Below are positions 1 through 10,457 of a DNA stretch of 64,000 bases, piece after piece. The DNA comes from Candidatus Fimicola merdigallinarum (lineage in GTDB: Bacteria > Bacillota > Clostridia > Lachnospirales > Anaerotignaceae): NCBI GenBank assembly GCA_017694425.1, contig JADIMX010000078.1, forward strand, positions 1,351-65,350. The letters are read 5' to 3'. Position numbers and translations under genes: made by a program. The notes below the pieces were generated by a model, which was not told the DNA's origin, ran no database searches, and saw only the letters and a list, made by a program, of their open reading frames with translations. How positions within the stretch are numbered: the first letter of the stretch is position 1; each line of letters opens with the position of its first letter.

Positions 1-159
1 TACAAACCTATAAAATACAGTGATTGTTTATATGTATAAGCATAGTGTTACACTTGTTATTGCACTGATAAAAGGTTATTTCTCTATTTGTATAAATATA
101 TTAGCAATATGCAATATATTTAAATGATATATTTAAATGATACTTTTAAATTTTATAAT

Positions 160-186
160 AAAAAAAGTGGGTTTAACCCCACTTTA
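160..186 (-). terminator. Rho-independent terminator of the FMN-dependent dehydrogenase gene
   Basis: GTGGG..CCCAC stem at 167-182. An A-run on the + strand gives a U-run on the - strand transcript. It overlaps the stop codon at 184-186. Confidence 0.6.
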
Positions 187-1200
187 ATATCGTATAATAT
201 CCCTTGTTATATCATTTATAGAAAATGCTCCACACATCTGCATTGTATCTTTAAGTTCGCCTGCTATTTTATCTATATATGCTTTTACACCTTCTTTATC
301 TCCGCCATAGACTGCTGTTACAAATGGTCTACATATCAAAACACCGTCTGCTCCCATTGCAAGTGCTTTAAACACATCTGTACCTGTTCTTATTCCTCCG
401 TCAACAAATACTTTCATACTTCCGTCAACAGCCTTTACAATTTCCTCTAAAACTTCAGCAGTAGATGGACATTGGTCAAGAACTCGCCCTCCGTGGTTAG
501 AAACAACTATGGCTGAAGCTCCTGCCTCCTTAGCCTTTAACGCACCTTTAACTGTCATTATACCTTTTACTATGAATGGTAATCCGGAAATATCAATTAT
601 TTCTTTTAATTCTGATACAGATTTACTGCCGGAAGGTGGGTTTGTATTTTTTAAAAATGGAAGCCCTGAGGCATCAATATCCATAGCAACGGCGAAAGCT
701 CCTGATTCTTTTACAAGCTCCATTTTTTCTTTTATTGTATTTATGTTCCAAGGTTTTACTGTTGGTATCCCTAAGCCATTTTTAGATTTTATAGCTTTTG
801 TTGAGGCTATCATAACATTGCTATCAACACCATCACCGGTAAATGCACATATGCCATTTTCGGCACAAGCAGAAACTAGCACATCATTATATGTAACATC
901 ATTGTATTTATCACTATAATGAAGTGTTACTGCTCCAACAGGCCCTGCGAAAAATGGATATTCAAATTTTTTGCCAAATAACTCTATAGATGTATCGACT
1001 GGTCTATTCTCGCATAAAGTATCCATATTTACACGTATTTCTTGCCATTTAGAATAGTTTCTTATGGCAGTATCTCCAACACCTTTCGCCCTAGGCCCTG
1101 GCATTTTATTTTTACAGGCAACGCCGTTACAAATGGTACACGCCTTGCAATACTCTCCTATATTTCCTCTAGCATTTTCTATAACTTGGTTATAATCCAT
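184..1200 (-). CDS. FMN-dependent alpha-hydroxy acid dehydrogenase/oxidase family protein
   Basis: 338-aa ORF. TIM-barrel FMN motifs are present (SNHGGRVLD, VFVDGGIRTGTDVFKALAMGADGV). The Cys-rich N-terminus CKACTICNGVAC is typical of clostridial members. Confidence 0.8.
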   Translation of the reverse strand: MDYNQVIENARGNIGEYCKACTICNGVACKNKMPGPRAKGVGDTAIRNYSKWQEIRVNMDTLCENRPVDTSIELFGKKFEYPFFAGPVGAVTLHYSDKYNDVTYNDVLVSACAENGICAFTGDGVDSNVMIASTKAIKSKNGLGIPTVKPWNINTIKEKMELVKESGAFAVAMDIDASGLPFLKNTNPPSGSKSVSELKEIIDISGLPFIVKGIMTVKGALKAKEAGASAIVVSNHGGRVLDQCPSTAEVLEEIVKAVDGSMKVFVDGGIRTGTDVFKALAMGADGVLICRPFVTAVYGGDKEGVKAYIDKIAGELKDTMQMCGAFSINDITRDIIRY

Positions 1201-1350
1201 AAAAAGTACACACTCCTTTCTTATAAATATAATTATAAATCCATTTTATTAAATATTTATTACAAATGGTACTATTTACTAGAATTTTTACAAATTTCAA
1301 TTTATAATTTAAGTGTAAATAATTTAAATAAATTACAAGGGGGAATTTAT

Positions 1351-2880
1351 ATGAAACGAAATATTATTAAAAGTTTAGCTTTTGCTACTATGTTATCACT
1401 TACAGTTTCAAGCGTTTCTTTAAGTGCTTTTGCATATACAGAAAACCACGTAACAAACCAAGTTAGAGTAAAATCAGGTGTAGAATTAGACGAAAAAACA
1501 GCTCCTACACTTGTTATAGAAGCTAGTGATGACCATACTAGTGACTTCTCATTTGAAGTTTACCTTGAAAACGGAGAATGGACAGATAAATATGCTGATG
1601 AGGGTACATTAGTAGATGGTATAAGCTATTCAAAAATTTCAGATACAAGATTAATTTTAAATGTTGATGTTGCAGTTTTTGATGCTACAACAGAAGATAT
1701 AGAAATACCTCTCTATGCTTCAACTGATAAATCTGGAAATGTATATGTTGGTGTAAATTCAAAAGATTCTACTGTTTCTGACGGAAAATACGTTTTCGCT
1801 ATAACAGGTACAAGTGAATTAGAGATTTACAATGAGCCTGTTGAAAATATGGAGGAAAACGGAACTATAAACGACATTAGAATTGAAGATGACTTTGATT
1901 CTTCTGTAAAAAAAGGAACTAAATACACTATAAAACTTAATAGTGGTTTTGCTTTCTTTAGCCTTCCAACAGTAGATGAAACAGGCAAATATTCAGGTAA
2001 AATCGATATAGACTTTGCTAACTCAGATAGAACTGCTATTGTTCTTACTGTAAACAGCGATACATCAGCAGGAGATGGTACTATAAATCTTTCAGATATA
2101 GAGATTGATACAGACAATGCTTCTTATGGTGATATTAAAGCTGAATTTACAAGTAGTGCAGGTGGTAGCACAGACCTTAACTTAGGTACATTTGGTGGAG
2201 AAAGCCGTACACCTAGCGAAATCAAAATCAATAAGGATATAGACTTCGTTAAAGACAATGCTTATATAAGCGGTAAAGCAACAGAGGGTAAAATCCTTAA
2301 ACTTACAATAGATGGAGAGGACTACGGTCAGACTAGAGTTGACGTTGACGGCGATTGGCAGTTTGAAGTAGATAAAACTATATTTGAAGACGAAAAAATT
2401 CACATCATACAGGTAGGCTATGTAAATGCTGACAGCAACGAATTAGTATATTCAACAAAAACAGAATATAATATGGCGGAGGATAGAAGATTTGTTGAGT
2501 ACACAATAGACGAAAGTGGATACATTGCTAATGGAACTAAAGTTGAAACTGACGGTGTAAGCTACATTGACGGTTCAGGTAGAACTATGATTCCACTTAG
2601 AACATTCTCAAATTCTATGGGAATACCTAACGAGGATATAGCTTGGAACGGGGCAACAGGTGAGGTAAGTATAGATACACCTTTTGGCTACATCAATTTA
2701 AAAATAGGTTCAACAAAAATGACATCTCCAAATGGTGATATAACTCTTGAAAGCCCAGCAGTTATAAAAAATGATAGAACATATATACCTTTAAGAGCAG
2801 TACTTAATGCTTATGGTATTGATGATGACCACGTTGTATGGAGTTCTGACGAGAGAACAGTTAAAATATTCTTAGACTAA
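1351..2880 (+). CDS. Secreted cell-surface protein with C-terminal copper-amine-oxidase-N-like (stalk) wall-binding repeats
   Basis: Track ORF 1042..2880 trimmed to the in-frame ATG at 1351, which sits behind a GGGGGA RBS. Signal peptide MKRNIIKSLAFATMLSLTVSSVSLSAFA. Tandem C-terminal repeats GRTMIPLRTFSNSMGI and DRTYIPLRAVLNAYGI. Confidence 0.75.
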   Translation: MKRNIIKSLAFATMLSLTVSSVSLSAFAYTENHVTNQVRVKSGVELDEKTAPTLVIEASDDHTSDFSFEVYLENGEWTDKYADEGTLVDGISYSKISDTRLILNVDVAVFDATTEDIEIPLYASTDKSGNVYVGVNSKDSTVSDGKYVFAITGTSELEIYNEPVENMEENGTINDIRIEDDFDSSVKKGTKYTIKLNSGFAFFSLPTVDETGKYSGKIDIDFANSDRTAIVLTVNSDTSAGDGTINLSDIEIDTDNASYGDIKAEFTSSAGGSTDLNLGTFGGESRTPSEIKINKDIDFVKDNAYISGKATEGKILKLTIDGEDYGQTRVDVDGDWQFEVDKTIFEDEKIHIIQVGYVNADSNELVYSTKTEYNMAEDRRFVEYTIDESGYIANGTKVETDGVSYIDGSGRTMIPLRTFSNSMGIPNEDIAWNGATGEVSIDTPFGYINLKIGSTKMTSPNGDITLESPAVIKNDRTYIPLRAVLNAYGIDDDHVVWSSDERTVKIFLD

Positions 2881-2889
2881 AAAGTATTA

Positions 2890-2917
2890 AAGGGTGTTTA
2901 AAAGCACCCTTTTTTAT
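2890..2917 (+). terminator. Rho-independent terminator
   Basis: AGGGTG(2891-2896)/CACCCT(2905-2910) stem followed by a T-run. Confidence 0.8.
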
Positions 2918-2946
2918 TGTTTATGAATTTGAGAGGTAAAAACTTT

Positions 2947-3492
2947 ATGAAAGAAAAAGTTATAAATAAAATTTTTGAAATGTTTTTATTTTTCTATATA
3001 GTTTCGGTTATAGGTTGGATATATGAGGTTTTTTTAGAGGTAGTTGTTTATAGGTGGGGATTTTCAAACAGAGGCGTATTATTTGGGCCATATTGCCCAG
3101 TATACGGCTGTGGGGCTTTGGCTATGATTATTTGTCTTGGCTGGCTTATGGAACGCAAAATAAGGCTTTTTAAACTTAATATAACACCGTTATTAGTTTT
3201 TATTGGGATAGTTATTGTAACTACTACAATAGAGCTTATATCAAGCTATATAATGGAATTTACAGTTGGTAGCTTTATGTGGGACTACACAAGGTTTAGT
3301 TTTAATTTCCAAGGTAGAATTGCCCTAAACCCTAGTATAAGATTTGGCATAGGTGGAATGGTTATACTATACGTTTTATACCCACTCTTTAAAAAGGTTA
3401 TAAATTATTTAGGCACTAGAAAAACAAATATTATTTCGGGTAGTTTAGCTTTTACTATGGTTATAGATTTTTTATTTACATTTGTAATATAG
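2947..3492 (+). CDS. Polytopic membrane protein (putative ABC-transporter type IV / CmpB-like family)
   Basis: ATG at 2947 behind a GAGAGG RBS. Multiple TM helices. The N-terminal pattern GWIYEVFLE..GVLFGPYCPVYG resembles PF06541-type proteins, recalled from memory. Confidence 0.55.
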   Translation: MKEKVINKIFEMFLFFYIVSVIGWIYEVFLEVVVYRWGFSNRGVLFGPYCPVYGCGALAMIICLGWLMERKIRLFKLNITPLLVFIGIVIVTTTIELISSYIMEFTVGSFMWDYTRFSFNFQGRIALNPSIRFGIGGMVILYVLYPLFKKVINYLGTRKTNIISGSLAFTMVIDFLFTFVI

Positions 3493-3584
3493 CTATTTAT
3501 TGATTTTAGCATAGAAATATGATACAGTTTTTTATAATAAAATTTTTAGATTACAAGGCATTTGCCATAGGAGGATATAGAAAA

Positions 3585-5420
3585 ATGTGTGGTTTTTGTG
3601 GTTTTACAGGACAGCTTGTAAATAGTGAAGAAATTCTCACAGGTATGATGAATAAAATAATTCATAGAGGCCCTGACAGTGATGGAAAACATATTGATGA
3701 AAATGTTGCCTTAGGTTTTAGAAGATTAAGTATTATAGACCTTGACCACGGTTCACAGCCTATGTACAACGAAAATGATGATATAGTTATAACATTTAAC
3801 GGTGAAATATATAATCATCAGGAGCTTAGAGAGGACCTTAAAGCTAAAGGACATATATTTAAAAATAATTCAGACACAGAGGTTTTAATACACTCATATG
3901 AGGAGTACGGCGAAAAAATGCTTGAAAAACTTAGGGGTATGTTTGCTTTCGTTATATGGGATAGCAAAAACGAAACTCTTTTCGGTGCTAGGGACTTTTT
4001 CGGTATAAAACCTTTCTATTATGCTGAAATAGACGGACAGCTTGTTTTCGGTTCTGAGATAAAAAGTATATTAGAATACCCTAAATATAAAAAAGCTGTA
4101 AATACTGTTGCTTTAGAAAATTATCTTACTTTCCAGTATTCAGTTCTTGAAGAAACATTCTTTAAAGGTATATATAAACTTATGCCTGCTCATTGTTTCA
4201 CATTCAAAAATGGTAAAATGGATATTAAGAGATACTGGGAGCCAGTTTTTGAGGCTGATGAAAATAAGAGCCTTGATGAGTTTGTAGAAGAAATCGATAA
4301 TGCTATGCAAAACTCAATAAAGAAACACAAAATAAGTGATGTTGAGGTTGGTTCATTCCTTTCAAGTGGTGTTGACTCAAGTTATGTTGCATCTTGCTTT
4401 AAAGGCGATAAAACATTTACTGTTGGTTTCGATTACGATAAATACAATGAAATTGACTATGCTAAAGCACTTTCAAAAAATGTTGGCATAGACAATTACA
4501 GCAAAGTAATAACAACTGAAGAATACTGGGATACAATATCAAAGGTTCAGTATTTTATGGACGAGCCTTTAGCTGACCCGTCAGCCGTTGCCCTTTACTT
4601 TGTAAGTCAGACTGCAGCTAAACACGTTAAAGTTTCTCTCTCAGGTGAGGGTGCTGACGAATTTTTCGGTGGGTACAATATATACAGAGAGCCACACTCT
4701 TTAGAGCCTATAGCTAAACTTCCTATGCCTGTTAGAAAAGGTCTTGGAAAAATTGCAAAGGCTATTCCTTTTAAAGTAAAAGGTAAAAACTATCTTATAA
4801 GAGGTAGCAAGACTTTACAGGAAAGATTTATAGGTAATGCTTTTATGTTTAACGAGGAGGAAAGAGAAAGAATATTAAAAAATCCTACTGGTAAATATAA
4901 CCATACAGAGCTTACAAAGCCTTTCTATGATAAGGTTAAGGATAAAGACGAAGTTACACAGATGCAGTATATAGACATACATTTCTGGCTTATAGGTGAC
5001 ATACTCTTAAAGGCTGACAAAATGAGTATGGCTCACTCCCTTGAGGTTAGAGTACCTTTCCTTGATAAAGAGGTATTCAATGTAGCTAGAACTATACCTA
5101 CTAAGTATAAAGTTAATAAAGAAAATACAAAGTATGCTATGAGAATGGCTGCACACAGATATCTTCCGGATATGGTAGCTGAGAAAAAGAAACTCGGTTT
5201 CCCTGTGCCTATTAGAATATGGCTTAAAGAGGATAAGTACTACAATAAAGTTAAAAAAGCATTTATGGGTACAGCAGGTAGAGAGTTTTTTGATGTTGAT
5301 GAGATTGTAAAACTTCTTGACGACCACAAAGCAGGCAAGGTTGATAACAGTAGAAAGATATGGACAATATATGTATTCTTACTTTGGCATAAAGAATACT
5401 TTGGTAAAAAATCAGCTTAA
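3585..5420 (+). CDS. asnB: Asparagine synthase (glutamine-hydrolysing)
   Basis: Trimmed to MCGFCGF (Ntn Cys2) behind an AGGAGGA RBS. GATase-II motifs (HRGPDS, FNGEIYN) and the synthetase PP-loop SGGVDSS-like FLSSGVDSS are present. Confidence 0.9.
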   Translation: MCGFCGFTGQLVNSEEILTGMMNKIIHRGPDSDGKHIDENVALGFRRLSIIDLDHGSQPMYNENDDIVITFNGEIYNHQELREDLKAKGHIFKNNSDTEVLIHSYEEYGEKMLEKLRGMFAFVIWDSKNETLFGARDFFGIKPFYYAEIDGQLVFGSEIKSILEYPKYKKAVNTVALENYLTFQYSVLEETFFKGIYKLMPAHCFTFKNGKMDIKRYWEPVFEADENKSLDEFVEEIDNAMQNSIKKHKISDVEVGSFLSSGVDSSYVASCFKGDKTFTVGFDYDKYNEIDYAKALSKNVGIDNYSKVITTEEYWDTISKVQYFMDEPLADPSAVALYFVSQTAAKHVKVSLSGEGADEFFGGYNIYREPHSLEPIAKLPMPVRKGLGKIAKAIPFKVKGKNYLIRGSKTLQERFIGNAFMFNEEERERILKNPTGKYNHTELTKPFYDKVKDKDEVTQMQYIDIHFWLIGDILLKADKMSMAHSLEVRVPFLDKEVFNVARTIPTKYKVNKENTKYAMRMAAHRYLPDMVAEKKKLGFPVPIRIWLKEDKYYNKVKKAFMGTAGREFFDVDEIVKLLDDHKAGKVDNSRKIWTIYVFLLWHKEYFGKKSA

Positions 5421-5426
5421 ATCAAT

Positions 5427-5459
5427 AAAAAAAGAGGTGCTTTTAGCACCTCTTTTTAT
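5427..5459. terminator. Bidirectional rho-independent terminator shared by asnB and murG
   Basis: AGAGGTGCT/AGCACCTCT stem at 5433-5453, flanked by an A-run and a T-run. Confidence 0.75.
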
Positions 5460-6520
5460 TTTACATATTTATTTATAACTTTCATTACCTCTTTTACACC
5501 GTTAGATAAACTGCTGTTTTCCATATTTTTAATGTATTCTTCACGTTTTTCATATAAATCTCTTATAGATTTCTCTAAAGAAACGTAAGTCATATTATCC
5601 TCGTCAAGTACCATTGAGAACCCTTGTTTTTCAAAAGATTTTGCGTTTAATATTTGGTCGCCTCTGCTTGCTTTTGCTGAGAGAGGTATTAATAAATTAG
5701 GTTTTTTTAAGGCTAAAAACTCGGATATTGAGTTTGAACCGGCTCTTGAAACAATAATATCAGCCATAGCCATAATGTGTGGCAACTCATCTGAAATATA
5801 TTCAAATTGTTTGTATCCTTTTTTGCCCTCAAGTGTAGGGTCAACATTTCCCTTTCCACAGAGATGACAAAGGTCAAAGTCTTTTAAAAGTGTTTTAAGA
5901 GAACCTCTAAGCTGTGTATTTATCTTAACAGAGCCAAGACTACCGCCCATAACCATTATAATAGGCTTTGAACCTTCAAAACCACAAATCTCCATTCCCT
6001 TTTTCTTGTCACCAAAGAAAAGTTCTTTTCTTATAGGTGAGCCTGTGTTTACACCTTTATCCTTAGGTATATAGTTTAATGTTTCAGGAAACGTTGTACA
6101 TACACATTTTGCAAAAGGTATAGCTATTTTGTTTGCAAGACCTGGCGTTATGTCTGACTCGTGGATTACAACTGGAATGTTATTAAGTTTTGCACCTAAA
6201 ACCACCGGTACAGCCACAAAGCCACCTTTTGAAAAAACTATGTCAGGTTTTAATTTTTTTAAAAGGAAAAAGGACTCTTTAACACCTTTTACAACTCTAA
6301 ACATATCTGTCACATTTTCTTTTGAAAGGTATCTTCTAAGTTTTCCAGTAGGCACAGAGTGATACTCTATGTTTTCTTTTTCAATAAGTTTTCTTTCGAT
6401 ACCGTCTTTCGTTCCTATATAGGCTATTTCGAAGCCTGCCTCCTTTAAAGAGGGTAAAAGTGCTATGTTTGGTGTAACGTGTCCTGCTGTACCTCCACCA
6501 GTTAAAACTATTTTCTTCAT
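5456..6520 (-). CDS. murG: UDP-N-acetylglucosamine--N-acetylmuramyl-(pentapeptide) pyrophosphoryl-undecaprenol GlcNAc transferase
   Basis: 354 aa. The N-terminal [10 protein letters not shown] motif and overall GT28 pattern are present. Confidence 0.9.
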   Translation of the reverse strand: MKKIVLTGGGTAGHVTPNIALLPSLKEAGFEIAYIGTKDGIERKLIEKENIEYHSVPTGKLRRYLSKENVTDMFRVVKGVKESFFLLKKLKPDIVFSKGGFVAVPVVLGAKLNNIPVVIHESDITPGLANKIAIPFAKCVCTTFPETLNYIPKDKGVNTGSPIRKELFFGDKKKGMEICGFEGSKPIIMVMGGSLGSVKINTQLRGSLKTLLKDFDLCHLCGKGNVDPTLEGKKGYKQFEYISDELPHIMAMADIIVSRAGSNSISEFLALKKPNLLIPLSAKASRGDQILNAKSFEKQGFSMVLDEDNMTYVSLEKSIRDLYEKREEYIKNMENSSLSNGVKEVMKVINKYVK

Positions 6521-6671
6521 TTTCTTACCAACTCCGTATTAATACTTTTCGTTATATTATATTTTATAAATATAATATCAAAGTTTTATACACAGTTCTA
6601 TCAAAAAATAAAATAAATGTATCTATTTTTACATTTTGTTTCGGTTTCAATATTAATACATTTATGATATA

Positions 6672-8318
6672 ATGTATAAAAATATTACTCGTTTTTTTAA
6701 GTTGGGAGGTATTTTTATCAAATACAGAATATTTTTAATTTCGATATTATCAGCAATAATGTTATTATCAGGCTGTTCTAAACCAGTTGAAAATAAGCCT
6801 GTAGATAACGAGGTTGTTACTGAAGAACAGCCTGAACAGACAGAAGATGAAAATAAGGAAGAACGTTTTTATACAAACTATAACGCTACTGTGGAGTTTT
6901 CTCCTGATACAAACTCTATTAAAGGTATTGAGAAGATTACATATAAAAACACAACATCTAAAAAGCAACACGAGATTTATATGAATATATATGCTAATTC
7001 ATTTAATGAGGATAGCCCTATACTTCCTTATGCCAATGCTATAAGCCAGGAGCTTTCACATAGTATTAATGAATATGCAAACTTTAATATAAGCTCTCTT
7101 ACAGTAGGCGGTAAAGAGGTATCTTACAGTGTTTCGGGTTCATCACTTTGTATACAGCTTCCAGAAACCCTTGAGGTCAATGGAGAAACTGAAATAGCTG
7201 TACAGTTTGAAAGCAGTATACCAAATATGAGTTATGCCGGTTTAGGTAAAAACGAAAATATTTTTTGGACAGGTAACATTATTCCGGTTATGGCTGTTTA
7301 TGATAATTACGGCTGGAATAAAAGTGTTGTATATCCTCTTTGGGATACAAACTATAACGATATAGGAAATTACACAATATCAATTAAAACTCCTGAAGAA
7401 TATACTGTTTTAGGTACAGGAAATGAGCTTGTAAATAGTTCTGATGGTGTAAAGACAACTGTTGTAGAGGGCAAATTTATAAGAGATTTTGCCTTTGCAA
7501 TAGGTAAGAACCTTAAGACAAAAAGTATTCAGAAAGATGAAAACAGCACTAAAATCAATGTGTATTACTATTCAGATGATACACCTATGGTTGATTTAAT
7601 ACTAGAAAATGTAAGTAATATGGTTGATTACTATGGTAAAATATGTGGTACTTATCCTTATAGCCATATAGATATTGTGGAAACAAGTTTATACAGACCG
7701 GATAATGCACAGTTTTCAGGTATGGCATTTGTAGATGAAAGTTTTTTCTCTGCCGATGCTGACATAAATTCTTTTGTTTTAGATTTTGACTTAGGTTATC
7801 AATGGTTTTCAGGTATAGTTGAAACAGACGTAAAGAAAGAGCCTTGGATTAGAGAGGGTCTTAGCGAGTTTTTGAATGCTAGATTTTTATACGGCGAAGA
7901 TGGTATTGACGCATATATGGAAGTTGAATATGCTAACCTTAAGGGATTAATAGAGGGTGAAAAGCATCAGGCTTTAAGTACTCCACCTACAAAGTATACA
8001 ACAGAGGAGTCCTTTGAAACAGTTCAGAGGAAAAAATCAGCTATGATGATGTATGCTTTATATAATAAAATAGGTGCAGAAAAATTTGACGAGTTTTTAA
8101 AAACTTACGTTTCTGAATATTCATTTAAAACAGCTACATCAAATGAATTTTTCAGAACAGCTGAAGATGTTTACGGTAAGAGCTTATACAGTTTCTTCAA
8201 TGATTGGGTAAATGGAAATAAGCTACCTAAAGTTCATTTTGACACAGCTATAGATGAGGTTCCTGATACTGTTGAAGAGGAAAATCAGACTACTACTGAT
8301 GATATAGTAGTTGAGTAA
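6672..8318 (+). CDS. M1 (aminopeptidase N-like) family lipoprotein with a degenerate zinc-binding motif
   Basis: Lipobox LLSGCS. FSGMAF lies at the GAMEN position. FDLGYQWFSG replaces HExxHQWFG, with a conserved Glu 19 residues later in WIREGLSEF. Confidence 0.6.
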   Translation: MYKNITRFFKLGGIFIKYRIFLISILSAIMLLSGCSKPVENKPVDNEVVTEEQPEQTEDENKEERFYTNYNATVEFSPDTNSIKGIEKITYKNTTSKKQHEIYMNIYANSFNEDSPILPYANAISQELSHSINEYANFNISSLTVGGKEVSYSVSGSSLCIQLPETLEVNGETEIAVQFESSIPNMSYAGLGKNENIFWTGNIIPVMAVYDNYGWNKSVVYPLWDTNYNDIGNYTISIKTPEEYTVLGTGNELVNSSDGVKTTVVEGKFIRDFAFAIGKNLKTKSIQKDENSTKINVYYYSDDTPMVDLILENVSNMVDYYGKICGTYPYSHIDIVETSLYRPDNAQFSGMAFVDESFFSADADINSFVLDFDLGYQWFSGIVETDVKKEPWIREGLSEFLNARFLYGEDGIDAYMEVEYANLKGLIEGEKHQALSTPPTKYTTEESFETVQRKKSAMMMYALYNKIGAEKFDEFLKTYVSEYSFKTATSNEFFRTAEDVYGKSLYSFFNDWVNGNKLPKVHFDTAIDEVPDTVEEENQTTTDDIVVE

Positions 8319-8324
8319 GTATAT

Positions 8325-8358
8325 AAAAAAAGCTGACTTTTAAGTCAGCTTTTTTTAT
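8325..8358 (+). terminator. Rho-independent terminator
   Basis: AGCTGACTT/AAGTCAGCT stem at 8331-8350 followed by T7. Confidence 0.85.
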
Positions 8359-8419
8359 TTTTTGTGTTAAACAATTAGGCGTTAATCATATAAATAAAAT
8401 AAAAAGGAGTTTTTTAAGA

Positions 8420-8914
8420 ATGTATCCATACAATGTAGCCCCTAATTATAAAAACAACACAAATATAAAATCTATGGAGGGTGACAAGAAAAATACTAAT
8501 AATCTTTGCTATGATAAAAGATTATTGGAGCTTTTATCACTTATAACATCAGAGGCCAAGTGTCTTTCAGAGTATTTTGAAAAGCTTTACAAGAAAGCTA
8601 CAGACAAAAATGATAGAGAAAACCTAAAGTGTATATACGTTGACACAGTAAAGGCTAGAAGATTCCTTGAGGATATATACTATAAATCAGCAGGGGATAA
8701 GGTTTCATACTGTGATGATTATAAAAAGAAGATGACAGGCGATTATTTAAAGGATTTAAAAAAGAGTATGATGTATCTTTCTGATTACGTAAGAAGTGTA
8801 AGGGCGTTGTACGTTCTTTTTCAGGACTTAGAAGTTAAGGATATGCTTTTTGAGATAATAACAGATATGCTAGGAGATGTAAACACAGTAACTTATATGT
8901 GTATAGAAAGATAA
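8420..8914 (+). CDS. Hypothetical protein (helical, no family recognised)
   Basis: 164-aa ORF with a good RBS (AAGGAG). It sits between two terminators as a monocistronic unit. Confidence 0.5.
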   Translation: MYPYNVAPNYKNNTNIKSMEGDKKNTNNLCYDKRLLELLSLITSEAKCLSEYFEKLYKKATDKNDRENLKCIYVDTVKARRFLEDIYYKSAGDKVSYCDDYKKKMTGDYLKDLKKSMMYLSDYVRSVRALYVLFQDLEVKDMLFEIITDMLGDVNTVTYMCIER

Positions 8915-8962
8915 ATTTTTTTGTGATATACTTATAATATACTAATGAAAGGTGTGAGAAAT

Positions 8963-9373
8963 ATGAGTGATTGTATATTTTGTAAAATAATAAAAGGCGA
9001 GATACCGTCAGCTACAATATTTGAAAATGATGAGTTTAAAGTTATATTAGACAGATTTCCTAGTGGGAAAGGTCACGTTCTCATATTACCTAAAAACCAC
9101 GTTGAAAATATTTTCGAGATAGACGAGAAACAGGCTGGCAGACTTTTTGAGCTTGCTGTTAAAGTTTCTAAAGTTATGAAGAAAACTTTAGGTTTTGAAA
9201 ATATGAACGTACTTCAGAATAACGGTACTGTTGCAGGTCAGAGTGTATTCCACTTCCATATGCACCTTATACCACGATATGAAAATGATGGCATAGATAT
9301 TAAATGGAACCCTACAAACCCTACTGATGAGGAAATAGAGGCAGTAAGAAAAGAGCTTGCCGAAAATATGTGA
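8963..9373 (+). CDS. HIT family (histidine triad) protein
   Basis: Contains the HFHMHLIP histidine triad. N-terminus is CIFCKII. Confidence 0.9.
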   Translation: MSDCIFCKIIKGEIPSATIFENDEFKVILDRFPSGKGHVLILPKNHVENIFEIDEKQAGRLFELAVKVSKVMKKTLGFENMNVLQNNGTVAGQSVFHFHMHLIPRYENDGIDIKWNPTNPTDEEIEAVRKELAENM

Positions 9374-9482
9374 TTTTTAAGTTAATTTAGGAGTGGAAAC
9401 ACTCCTTTTATTTATTGACAAAGATATTTTTAAATAATAAAATTAAATCTAATTCACATTACAAAAGAAAGGAATGTTTATT

Positions 9483-10301
9483 ATGCTTAAGAAAATATTA
9501 CTAGCAAGTTTTGTTGCAGTTATGATGCTTTCAGGCTGTTCTTCAACAAAAGATGTAAATGACAATACAACTAAAAATGAGGAAGCAAATTCACCTGATG
9601 ATGAATATGAGGATTTAAAGAAAAAACTTCTTGCCGGTGGAGATGAGTTCCCACAGCTTGAAGAACCTAAAGAGGGTGAAGAAATAGCTATTATACAGAC
9701 TAATATGGGCGATATAAAGGTGAAATTCTGTAAAGATGAAGCCCCTAAGGCTGTTGAAAACTTTGTAACTCACGCAAAGGAAGGATATTTTGACGGTCTT
9801 ACATTCCACAGAGTTGTAGAAGATTTCGTTATACAGGGTGGTGACCCTACTGCTACTGGTATGGGTGGCGAAAGTATATGGGGCAAGCCTTTTGAAGATG
9901 AATTTAGCCCTAATATGTACCACTTTAACGGTGCTTTAGCTATGGCAAATAGTGGTGCAAATACAAACGGAAGTCAGTTCTACATTGTTTCAAAGCCGGA
10001 GGTTACTGCTGGTTACTTTGAATACGTTGAACAGGTTAAAAATGAAAATGGTACAGACGAGCTTCTCGTAAACGGAAACACAAATAAAATGTTTAAGTTT
10101 AACTATTCTGATGAGGCTAAAAAGCATTATGAGGAGCTTGGTGGAACACCTGAGCTTGACTACGGATATACTATTTTCGGTCAGGTTTTCGAGGGTATGG
10201 ACGTTGTAGATGCCATAAACTCTGTTGAGGTTGATTCAAGTGATAAACCTGTAAATGATGTTGTAATCGAAAAAGTTACTATAACTGAATATAGCAAATA
10301 A
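9483..10301 (+). CDS. Cyclophilin-type peptidyl-prolyl cis-trans isomerase, lipoprotein
   Basis: Lipobox MLSGCS. Cyclophilin motifs FHRVVEDFVIQGGDP and GSQFYIV. The second ATG was chosen for RBS spacing. Confidence 0.85.
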   Translation: MLKKILLASFVAVMMLSGCSSTKDVNDNTTKNEEANSPDDEYEDLKKKLLAGGDEFPQLEEPKEGEEIAIIQTNMGDIKVKFCKDEAPKAVENFVTHAKEGYFDGLTFHRVVEDFVIQGGDPTATGMGGESIWGKPFEDEFSPNMYHFNGALAMANSGANTNGSQFYIVSKPEVTAGYFEYVEQVKNENGTDELLVNGNTNKMFKFNYSDEAKKHYEELGGTPELDYGYTIFGQVFEGMDVVDAINSVEVDSSDKPVNDVVIEKVTITEYSK

Positions 10302-10310
10302 TGATATTTT

Positions 10311-10341
10311 AAGTCTGCAATTATATTGCAGACTTTTTTTG
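10311..10341 (+). terminator. Rho-independent terminator
   Basis: AGTCTGCAA/TTGCAGACT stem followed by T7. Confidence 0.85.
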
Positions 10342-10457
10342 TACACTTATTAAGAAAATTTTAATAATATGCACAATGAAAAATTTTCGTTTTTGTGGTA
10401 TCTTATAGTTGTAGTATTTTTTATGGCTATATAAAAAGGAGGAGAGTAACTTTGGTT

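Noticed and set aside
1042-1350. An N-terminal 103-codon extension of the ORF at 1042..2880, overlapping the divergent FMN-dehydrogenase gene.
   Set aside because: The extension overlaps the opposite-strand gene and its promoter region and translates to junk. A canonical RBS, ATG and signal peptide begin at 1351.
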